A stretch of DNA of 64,000 nt from contig JBBFKZ010000003.1 in NCBI GenBank assembly GCA_037481775.1, forward strand, positions 64,001 to 128,000, written 5' to 3'. The stretch is from Candidatus Bathyarchaeia archaeon. GTDB lineage: Archaea > Thermoproteota > Bathyarchaeia > Bathyarchaeales > Bathycorpusculaceae. The notes below the pieces were generated by a model. The model made no database searches and was not told where the DNA came from. It saw nothing but the letters and a program-made list of their open reading frames with translations. A program made the position numbers and the translations under genes. This document shows, one piece after another, positions 29,229 through 37,331 of the stretch (its first letter is position 1; every line of letters starts with the position of its first letter).

Positions 29229-30032
29229 ATGTCGAAGATGAAAGCTATAAAAACTTTTAGGGATTTACTTGCTTTCCTAACAATAATTCCATTAGGCAAA
29301 ACTGACGATTTTGTGGTAACCTCCGCTGAAGCCATGTTCCTATTCCCCGTAATAGGCGGATTTATAGGCCTGCTGGCTGCTGCCTACTTTACCGGCTGCA
29401 GCTTCCTAATCACGCATATCTTCTCGTTTATCAGCTCACTCAGCCAATTTCCCACGGAACTCCTGACTCAGATTCTTCCCGCTGTTATGACGCTGGCGCT
29501 TATTCTTGTTTTAACCGGGCTTCAACATTTCGATGGGCTAGTAGACTTGGGCAACGCGGTAGGCGTCGGCGGCATAAAAGAGAGAAGAGCCGCGGCGCAC
29601 GTGTGGACTGTAACGTATAAAGGTGCCTTATTAGCGATTTTTGTTGAGTTTTTGGCTGTCTTAGGACTGTTTTTAATGAAGGCAGAATCCGCGTTTGGCG
29701 TGATAATTGCAGCTGAGGTGGCAGCCAAGCTAGGTATGGTCACAATTGCTTGCCTAGGAAAATCGACACATAGCGGTTTAGGCGCCCTTTTTGTTGAAGC
29801 AGCAAAGCGTAAGCGTAACTTGGCGGCTTACTTTCTCGCAATCTTGATTGTTTATCCACTTTTAGGTTGGCTGGGCTTTTTGGCGATTTTTGTAAGTGTT
29901 CTTTTAGGCGCCTTCATGTGCGGCGTAGCCCATAACGTTTTCGGCGGCGTTTCCGGCGACGCCATAGGAGCAACAAACGAGATCACTAGAGCAACGGTTT
30001 TATTGCTTATAGCATGGGTGCTGATGTCATGA
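29229..30032 (+). CDS. CobS-family membrane phosphotransferase, second divergent copy
   Basis: AFLTIIP, TGLQHFDGLVD, GGVSGDAIGATNE; start moved to ATG 29229 to avoid overlapping the epimerase. Confidence 0.85.
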   Translation: MSKMKAIKTFRDLLAFLTIIPLGKTDDFVVTSAEAMFLFPVIGGFIGLLAAAYFTGCSFLITHIFSFISSLSQFPTELLTQILPAVMTLALILVLTGLQHFDGLVDLGNAVGVGGIKERRAAAHVWTVTYKGALLAIFVEFLAVLGLFLMKAESAFGVIIAAEVAAKLGMVTIACLGKSTHSGLGALFVEAAKRKRNLAAYFLAILIVYPLLGWLGFLAIFVSVLLGAFMCGVAHNVFGGVSGDAIGATNEITRATVLLLIAWVLMS

Positions 30033-30649
30033 AGATTCCTGCGTTGATAATGGCTGGTGGTAAAGGCAAAAGAATGGGATCGAAAGTTGAGAAGCCAATG
30101 TTGCCTTTCTTCGGCAAACCACTAATCGATTGGGTCGCAGAAGCAGTGGCGTCGGCGGCGAAAGTTTCAGAATTTTACGTGGTCACGAGCACCAATACGC
30201 CGGAAACAGAAAGGCACTGTAAAACCAAGGGCTGGCGTGTTCTGCGAACCGACGCTATGGGTTATCATGAAGATTTGAAGCAGGCTGTTCGCGCTGCCGG
30301 CCTAGAGGGAGCGGTGCTTACTCTGCCCGCGGATCTGCCAGCGTTAACTGGAAAGTTTCTGGACAAGGTTATAAGTGAATTTGAGACATGTGGCAAAGAT
30401 TTTTTGGCGGTTTTTGTACCCATAGAAACGCGTGAATCACTGGGGCTTTCAGTTTCATCCATAGACGAACATAAGGGTGTTTGGTACGCTGTTGCCGGCG
30501 TCAACATTGTGAACGGCTCGAAGATTCAGGGAGAAGGAAAAATTGAGACAAGCGCCATAATAACCGAGGAAGTTGAGGTTCTCTTAAACATTAACACGCT
30601 GAATGATCTGGAAATCGCGGAAAAAATCATACAAAACATGAAGAGATAA
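30029..30649 (+). CDS. CobY-like nucleotidyltransferase, second copy
   Basis: MAGGKGKRM..EKP, ADLP, NINT; ATGA overlap with the upstream gene. Confidence 0.85.
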   Translation: MKIPALIMAGGKGKRMGSKVEKPMLPFFGKPLIDWVAEAVASAAKVSEFYVVTSTNTPETERHCKTKGWRVLRTDAMGYHEDLKQAVRAAGLEGAVLTLPADLPALTGKFLDKVISEFETCGKDFLAVFVPIETRESLGLSVSSIDEHKGVWYAVAGVNIVNGSKIQGEGKIETSAIITEEVEVLLNINTLNDLEIAEKIIQNMKR

Positions 30650-30808
30650 GCGATAACGCGGCAGTGCAAAATTAAGCGAGAAATGGTTTTCGCGTGGAGC
30701 AGCGCTGTGGCGTGCTGACTGCAGTTTTCCATTAGAAACATGCATTAGCCTTGGAAGGTTTTATATAAGGCAACCGTCCGAGCAATGGAGAAAAGGAGTT
30801 GGAGCAAA

Positions 30809-30922
30809 ATGGTTAGTGCATCAATGTTGGTTTTGCTTGGTGCAGGTTCATCTTCGCTGCTTGTAGCATTTATTGAGTACGCTTATCAGCGTAGAAAGAG
30901 AAAGCAGGCTGGGCTGGCTTAG
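30809..30922 (+). CDS. Small single-TM peptide (37 aa)
   Basis: MVSASMLVLLGAGSSSLLVAFIEYAYQRRKRKQAGLA: hydrophobic helix plus basic tail; TATA-like TTTTATATA about 45 bp upstream and GGAG. Confidence 0.45.
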   Translation: MVSASMLVLLGAGSSSLLVAFIEYAYQRRKRKQAGLA

Positions 30923-30930
30923 GCAAGCTT

Positions 30931-32372
30931 TCAGGCTGGCGGTTTTCTCCAGAATAGGTAGATTTTGGTTTGGGCTGTGAAGCTTAGGCGCTTAAGCGTT
31001 AGCGCTAGGTCGTCTATGCTCATGGTGGAGATTTTCGCTAGGAATTCTTCGTGCTTTGGGTAGACGCTTTTTAGTTTGGCTAGGCGTCTGCGTATGGTGG
31101 CGTCGCGTTGGGATAGCGTTTCAAGCACTGTAAGAATCTTGTTACAGCCTATTTGGTTGATTTTTTGTTTGCAGTATTCGGTGTTGGTGAGCAGCGGAGT
31201 GTCGAAGCCGAGTTTTTGCAGTTGTGTTAGCGCGTTTGTTATGTGAGGGCGGGGTTTGCTTTCGGCTATGCGTTGCATGCCGGCTTTTTCGAAGAATGGG
31301 TTGTAGCGTGCCATTACGGCGACTGTTTCTACGCAGGGTGTTCCTGCTTGTGTGAGGGTTTCGGCGACGAGTTTGGCGCCTAGGCCTATGCTGCGGTATT
31401 TTGGGTGTATTATTACTCGGCTGATGGTGCTGATTTCCCGTTGTAACTGTGTGAGTGTGCCTTTCCATGCTTTGCTGCGTCCGAAGCATGTTGGCGGCGG
31501 GTAGCTGTAGACGATTACGCCGATTGTTTCGTTTTTTCGTTTGAGAAGATTTTTAGGTGTGGTGGCAGGTGTGCGGTGCGGTAGTGGAATTGGCTGAGTG
31601 CTTTGTAGTCGTCTATTGTGCCCTGTGTGATGCGTGTTTGTCTTGTTAGGCTGCAGCTTTGGGCTTTTGCGTGTGGGTTGTAGCTTATGTGGATTTCTTT
31701 TCCGTAGCGTTTATGGATGTGTACGTTTGGTGCTAAGTCAGTTTTGATGTCGATGTGTGTGGTTGCTGCGATTACAGCTTTGCCGAGTGTGCGTGCGAGT
31801 TTTTGGAGGTTGTAGGCGATGATTTTGGCGGTGTCGCGGTCCAGTGTGCTGGTGAATTCGTCTATTATCCACCATTGTGCTGGTGTTTCTGCGAGGCGTG
31901 CGATTTGGTAGCGGTGTTTTTGGCCGTCGCTAAGTTGCGTGTATGTGCGGAGGAAGAGGAAGGCGTCGTTTAGGCCGACTTTGCTGAGGAGTTCTAGGGC
32001 TTCTTGTGTGTTTGCACCTATGGTGTCGATTATGGGTGTGTTTTTGTCGAATTGGAGGTCGCGTGTGTCCTGTGCTGCTGTGCCGAGGTCGGTTTTGATG
32101 GCTTGGAGTAGGGCGCTTTTGCCGCTGCCGCTGTCGCCTGTGATGAGGACGATGTCGGTTGGGCGTATGCGTATGCGGGTGTTGTCGTATATTGTGAAGT
32201 GCTGTGTGTTGTCGGCGCCGAGTCCGAAGGCTTCTGCGACGGCGCATGTGCGTTGTGTTTGTGTGGCGGGTGCGGTTTCGTAGGTGATGGTGTAGGTGAA
32301 TGTGTTGGTTTTGCGGTTGTAGGTTCGTTTGAGTGCTTGGATGCGGAAGTGCTCTGGTTTGCGCCGTGTCAT
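30931..32372 (-). pseudogene. ABC-type ATPase-GNAT acetyltransferase fusion, frameshifted near 31545
   Basis: GDSGSGKS, LSDGQK, IIDEF, then HYR. The alternate frame continues LKRKNETIGVIVYSYPPP...ISRVIIHPKYRSIGLG (GNAT motif A) into ORF 30931-31314. Confidence 0.8.
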
Positions 32373-33804
32373 CTGGTTGTGCCTTCTGTTTTGTGGCGGT
32401 TTAGTCTTTGTCGTAGCTTGTTGAGGCTTGTTTTGCCCTTGCTTGTTTTGGAGATTACCCAAAGTTGCGGTTGTGGCGGGGTGCGTGCGGCGTAGACGGC
32501 GAGTGCGAGAGCCCAGAAGCGGTCGTCGTGTGTGCCTGGTGGGTGTGAGAGTAGGATTTTGCCGTCTTTGGTGAGCGTGTAGCGTTCAGTGTTTAGTTCG
32601 GCGATTAGGTTGCTGTCGTATGGTATGCGTAGGCGTTTTTCGGTCATTGTTTGCCGGAGCCATTGGGCCATTTCCTGTTTTGTTTGTTGGGTGAATTTTG
32701 CGGCTTCTGTGTTTGTTAGGCCTGTGTTGGTCATGTCTTCAGTTATGTAGTCGCCTACGCCGCTGCTGTCGGTGAGGATTTTGTGGATTTTTTGCCATCG
32801 GTCGTTTATGGTTTTGACGTAGCCGATGACGCTTGCGTATGGTGTGTTTAGTGGGAAGCGATGCATGTGTGTTAGTTTTAGTGTGTTGTTTTCTGTTTTT
32901 ATTATGGCGAGGACGCTGTGGTCTTGGTGTTTGCCGAGGTCTAGTCCGGCGTAGAAGTCGCCTGTTTGTGTTTCTTCGAATTGGGCGTACTCCAGTGTGG
33001 AGTCGATGCATTGGGTGATTAGTGCTTGGGGGAGCCAGACGTTTTCGTTTTCTGCCCATTGGGCTTCCATTTCGCGTTGCCAGCGGGCGGGGTCGCCTTC
33101 GAGTTGGCGTTTTATGCGGGTGAGTATTTGCGGTTTTAGTGGTCCGGCGGGTTCTAGTGCTTGTTGCCATGTTACGTGTGTTTTGGCGTAGTCGGCGTAT
33201 GTGGGGTCGTGGAAGATTTTGTAGAAAATATGCTGTTTGTGTGCCATGGTGTGCTGGTGCAGATGAATTTGCCGTTTGTTGTGCCGAGCGTGAAGAGCAT
33301 GGCGTCGTAGAGTTCTTCGCCGTTTGGGATGAAGTTGAATTCGTCGGCGTAGACGATGTGGAGTTTGGGTCCGCGTATGGTTTCGGGGTTGTTTGGGTAT
33401 GCTTCGATGGTGCTGCCGTTGTTGAGTGCGACGGTGGTTTTCTGTGGTTTTTTGTAGGCGTTTCGTGGGAGCTTGGTGAGGAAGCTGTTGATGTGTTTGA
33501 TGATGAGTTTGGTTTGTCTCCAGCTTGGTCCGACTATGCCGATGTTTACGTTTGGGTTTGTAAGCGCGTAGTGGAGGAGTAGGGCGCTTATGATGTGGCT
33601 TTTTCCTGTTTGTCTTGCCCAGCGGGCGGCTATGAATTGGCTGTTTTGGAATTGGCGTATGAGTTCGGCTTGGTAGGTGGTGGGTGTGAAGCCGAGGGTT
33701 TCGGTGCAGAACTGAAGTGGGTCTGCGGGGACGGCGAATTTTTTCATTTGGGCGGTTTTCTGTTTGAGCTGCCGGAGTTCTCTTTCCAGCGTTGTGAGGG
33801 TCAT
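32369..33804 (-). pseudogene. Terminase large subunit, frameshifted near 33226
   Basis: ATPase half ARQTGKS, IRG, YADE, STP; nuclease half GLDLGKHQD...HDDRFWALALA. The halves join as SIF-YKIF if 2 T are removed from ATATTTTCTAC (minus strand). Confidence 0.85.
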
Positions 33805-34130
33805 TGTTTTTCGAGTTCTCCTATGGTTTTGCGGAGTTGTTCGAGTTCGGTTTTGATTTGGGTGATGTCGTAGGTTTTGCTGATGCTGTTGATGACTTGG
33901 CTGATGTAGGCGGATAGGCGCACCCAGTTTTGGCGTTCTGCTGGTTTTTTGCCTCCTGTTTCGAGAGCTTGTTCTGTTGCTATTTCGAGGAGGCTTCGGA
34001 GTTCTTGAATGAGTTGGCTGCGAATTCGTTGGGTGTCGCCGTCGAATTTTTCGGTGAGGTCGGTTATTCTTTTCTGTAAAAAGCGTTTATGACGGGGAGA
34101 TTCTCCTCTCCCTCTATAGGTTTTCTGCAT
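33801..34130 (-). CDS. Helical hypothetical protein (terminase small-subunit position)
   Basis: ATG 34130 (MQKTY...); 4-nt overlap with terL; coiled-coil C-terminus. Confidence 0.6.
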   Translation of the reverse strand: MQKTYRGRGESPRHKRFLQKRITDLTEKFDGDTQRIRSQLIQELRSLLEIATEQALETGGKKPAERQNWVRLSAYISQVINSISKTYDITQIKTELEQLRKTIGELEKQ

Positions 34131-34168
34131 AGATTGGCTATTAGGCTCCAAATATGTTCGCCTCCGGG

Positions 34169-34420
34169 CTATGTTTTCTGCGCGATTAGTATGCCTGTGA
34201 TTGTGCCTGCCAAGCCTGTGATGGCCGCGAAGACTTCGCTGTTCCATGCGCCTAAGAGCGCGAGGTGCGCGATTTCTATGGCTGTTAGGCTGAAGGTTAG
34301 GGCGATGGCGAATTTTACGCTGAGCACTAGGCGCTCGCTGGGCTCCGCTTCCGCTGCTGCTTGCGTGGCTGTCTTGTCGGTGGTTTTCCGCGTCAAAGCC
34401 CGCTTAATCCAGTCAGTCAT
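34169..34420 (-). CDS. Small two-TM membrane protein
   Basis: Two hydrophobic segments; overlaps the upstream ORF. Confidence 0.65.
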   Translation of the reverse strand: MTDWIKRALTRKTTDKTATQAAAEAEPSERLVLSVKFAIALTFSLTAIEIAHLALLGAWNSEVFAAITGLAGTITGILIAQKT

Positions 34421-34814
34421 GGTTTCTCACCCTCTGCTGCCGCAGGCAGCGGCCTAAGCTGGGCTTTTTGTTTTTGGCTTTCTCGTTGATTAGGAAGCTG
34501 TTCAGCAGCTGCTTCGCCTCCTCGGCTGCAACATGCGCCTTGGCTAAGACGGTGACGCCTGTGGCCCACGGCACCGGCACCGCCGTGTAGTCAATGTCAT
34601 ATAAGCCATCGCTGTAGCGAAAGCAATTCTGCGCTAATATTATGTGCTTGCGCTTCTGCCCCAGCACGCCGACGAAGACGCCCCAGCTCTTGACGGGCAC
34701 GTCTATGCCGCTGACGCCATTGCTTAAGCTCTTGCCGATGCTGGCGTCATGCCACTCTAACATGACAAGGTCGCCAGCGCTTAAGCCCTTAATCTGGTTG
34801 AGGACTTCCTTCAT
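34413..34814 (-). CDS. Hypothetical beta-rich protein, first gene of the terminase operon
   Basis: GDLVMLEWHDAS...SWGVFVG; minus-strand TATA (TTTATAT) about 35 bp upstream. Confidence 0.7.
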   Translation of the reverse strand: MKEVLNQIKGLSAGDLVMLEWHDASIGKSLSNGVSGIDVPVKSWGVFVGVLGQKRKHIILAQNCFRYSDGLYDIDYTAVPVPWATGVTVLAKAHVAAEEAKQLLNSFLINEKAKNKKPSLGRCLRQQRVRNHD

Positions 34815-34865
34815 GTGTTATTATCAAAAGAAAACGCGATCAATCGCAAATATAAAGACTCGCTA

Positions 34866-34885
34866 AATTTACCAATTGGTAAATT
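34866..34885. promoter_or_regulatory. Perfect 20-bp palindrome, putative protein-binding site
   Basis: AATTTACCAATTGGTAAATT, just upstream of the TATA box of the terminase operon. Confidence 0.55.
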
Positions 34886-35034
34886 CACACATTTACAAAA
34901 GGCAAATGAGTAGTTTGAGCAAAATCAGCATCTCTATGTAGCAAATATGAGATTTGAAATTTGAATAAAATAAAGTTTAAACGAAATACCAAAGTATATA
35001 TTGCTATTTGATGAAATTAATAAATTGACAGAAC

Positions 35035-35385
35035 ATGACGTTATTTGAAGTGATGGCTGCCTTATCCGCAACATTTGCCTTAGGTATTCCGACATTTATG
35101 GAAAAAGTCATGCGTCCCAAATACGAAGAACGCTTTTCGGAGTTCAGAGAGGCGAGAAGAGATTCATTCATAGATGAATTTGAAAAAGCATTACCTCAAT
35201 TGAAACAGGCCAAACAAGAACTAACCCCTGAGATAATAGAGACGATGGAATCATTGTTTAATGAATGGGAAGAAGTTAAGTCGGATGAAAACAAACTTAC
35301 GGTTTTACTCAATTGTAGAAAGTTTTTCTTTATCTTTTGGTTAGTGTCTTGTGCCACGTCATTATTTGCGATTCAATATTCGAAC
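35035..35385 (+). pseudogene. AT-rich membrane protein gene, apparently truncated by a junction near 35385
   Basis: Protein-like through FAIQYSN; the rest of ORF 35035-35553 is the antisense of a convergent gene fragment with different composition. Confidence 0.45.
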
Positions 35386-35547
35386 CGCAGCGGACGCGTC
35401 AACATACGTCTCATCAGGACCAGAAACCACACTCAAAACCAAACGCATCTTATCTTTCAATTCGGAATGCAGAAAAACAAGGTGCTCCCACCGCTCTTCA
35501 TTCAGAGTCACCTCAGTGTCATCGAAAACCACAACCAGCATCAGCAA
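35362..35547 (-). pseudogene. Truncated RelE/PBECR-like toxin fragment
   Basis: VTLNEERWEHLVFLHSEL...VVSGPD matches the N-terminal pattern of these nucleases; the C-terminal half is absent. Confidence 0.45.
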
Positions 35548-35753
35548 CCTTAAACATTAGACCCCTCAATCAACCTATAAAACTAACTCAAAATATGCCT
35601 GACACCTCTTCAAAACTCCCCCAAGCCACACACCCAATAACTTTTCACCGATGCCAACAGCGATGACGCCTAGACCAATCCAGCCATTCCCGCAGCTTCG
35701 CCAAAAACTTATATCCCCTCTGTGCTCATACCAATGGCTAAGGAAATGAGAAA

Positions 35754-36074
35754 ATGAAAGGAGCCATAGTTTTTCTAGCAGTCTTCGCCATAGCAGTCAT
35801 AATAACCATTGGAAACACGGCAATACCCCCGGGAAAAGCAATCTACGACGCCCTCTTACCAAACACTGAAGCAGCCTCAGGCTACCTCGTCGGCGGCCAA
35901 GTAGACGCTATAACACTGATAATCGCAGTTTTTAACGGCGTAATATACGGCTTCATCGCCTGGCTAATATTCACCATAATAAACGCAGTATTCAAAAAAG
36001 ACAAAAAACAAACCGTCCAGCAAGTAGTAAACGTCAACATCAGCGACAAAGACAAAAATGCCACCGTAAAATAG
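35754..36074 (+). CDS. Membrane protein
   Basis: Two hydrophobic helices; TATA-like CTTATAT upstream. Confidence 0.75.
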   Translation: MKGAIVFLAVFAIAVIITIGNTAIPPGKAIYDALLPNTEAASGYLVGGQVDAITLIIAVFNGVIYGFIAWLIFTIINAVFKKDKKQTVQQVVNVNISDKDKNATVK

Positions 36075-36278
36075 CGCACACCACACACAAAACGCATACA
36101 AAATACCTATGCTCTACATTTTTTCACTTAAACCCTTAACAAGCTACACGCCAACAGCACCCTACACAAGCAAAAGCAGTTTTCACTCATCAAACCTCCA
36201 GCACAAGACCCGTTAAAACTTGAAAACGGGAATGTTTTTATGGCTTCACGCAACTAACAAGCATGGTGAAAACAAAAA

Positions 36279-36509
36279 ATGAACACACCACTTGAAAAGA
36301 AAGTACAAGCAGCCCTCGCCGAAATAAAACCGCAAATCCAAGCAGACGGCGGAGACATCGACCTCGTCGCCGTGGAAAACGACACCGTAAAAGTCCGCCT
36401 ACGAGGCGCATGCGCAGGCTGCCCCATGTCTATGCTAACGCTCAAACAAGGCGTGGAACGCATAATCAAACAGAAAGTTCCCGAAATAAAACGCGTCGAA
36501 GCAGTCTAA
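36279..36509 (+). CDS. NifU/Nfu C-terminal domain protein
   Basis: IQADGGDIDLV, GACAGCPMS. Confidence 0.93.
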   Translation: MNTPLEKKVQAALAEIKPQIQADGGDIDLVAVENDTVKVRLRGACAGCPMSMLTLKQGVERIIKQKVPEIKRVEAV

Positions 36510-36580
36510 CCGCCAAACAGCCCTGCCAAACAGAACCAAGTTTTCTCCTTTTAACGGCGTCCGAAGCCGAAGGCATCAAG

Positions 36581-37243
36581 CTAAGGCTTAGCCTTCCGCC
36601 TTTTCCGCTTAGACCGCAAACGCTTCTCCCAGCAGGAAGGACAATAAACAGGCTTACCACCCCCAAACTGAAAAGGCACAGCACACGAGCCGCCGCATAC
36701 ACTACACACTGCACCGCTAGCCCCGCCCTGCTGGAACTGCCGGAAAAGCCTGTAGCGCTTCAGCCGCGGCAACGCCGTCTTCGCATACCGCAGCATCCTA
36801 GGATTAGCCTTCAACCACCCGAGCATGTGAAAGAAGCTCTTCGCCCGCTTCTCCTCGCGGTCAGCAAGCGGCTCATAACCCAAATTCCGCAGCTCGTCCA
36901 AATAGGCGATTTCCACAAGCCGCTGCGCCTCGCCCGCAACCCGCACCCGCTTAACCCGCGCCTCACCGTAAACCCGCTGCAGCTCAGCCGCCGCCACATC
37001 AAAAACATAACCCTGACACACATGAATCTCCTCGTCAAACCCAGGCCTCAAAGCAGCCACAAGCCGCAACGTTAAACGCGCAGCCTCCTGCAAATAGGCT
37101 TTCGCAGCAAAAAGCGCCGGGTCCTGATAAAACCTGACGTCAACCAAGTCGTATTTGAACTCGCCAGTTTCCTCGCGGTAAACGCCCACAACCACGCCGA
37201 AAAGCAAGTCGCCGCTACCCGCGTCATCCACAACAAGCGTCAT
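36581..37243 (-). CDS. RNase H-like fold protein with C-terminal CxxC-x17-CxxC Zn ribbon
   Basis: VDDAGSG start resembles the RNase HII DEAGRG motif; CSVCG...VPF....KPVYCPSC. Confidence 0.65.
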   Translation of the reverse strand: MTLVVDDAGSGDLLFGVVVGVYREETGEFKYDLVDVRFYQDPALFAAKAYLQEAARLTLRLVAALRPGFDEEIHVCQGYVFDVAAAELQRVYGEARVKRVRVAGEAQRLVEIAYLDELRNLGYEPLADREEKRAKSFFHMLGWLKANPRMLRYAKTALPRLKRYRLFRQFQQGGASGAVCSVCGGSCAVPFQFGGGKPVYCPSCWEKRLRSKRKRRKAKP

Positions 37244-37331
37244 AGAAACTGCTAAGCCTCTTTCCCCAAGCATAACCCAAACACGTATAAAAACAGTATT
37301 CTAAAAACCCAGAGAAAACCGCGCAACGCAA

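Noticed and set aside
31142-33873. Many overlapping Arg/His/Thr-rich or Val/Cys/Gly-rich ORFs
   Set aside because: Artefacts of the extreme strand skew, which depletes stop codons; the real frames are the frameshifted terL and ABC-GNAT.
34815-35034. Replication origin or dif site at the skew switch
   Set aside because: No ORB-like G-string repeats or adjacent cdc6; skew polarity is opposite to a classic origin; the palindrome was not convincingly matched to an 11-6-11 dif layout.
36410-37075. 221-aa + strand ORF
   Set aside because: Pro/Arg/Leu-rich antisense shadow of 36581-37243.
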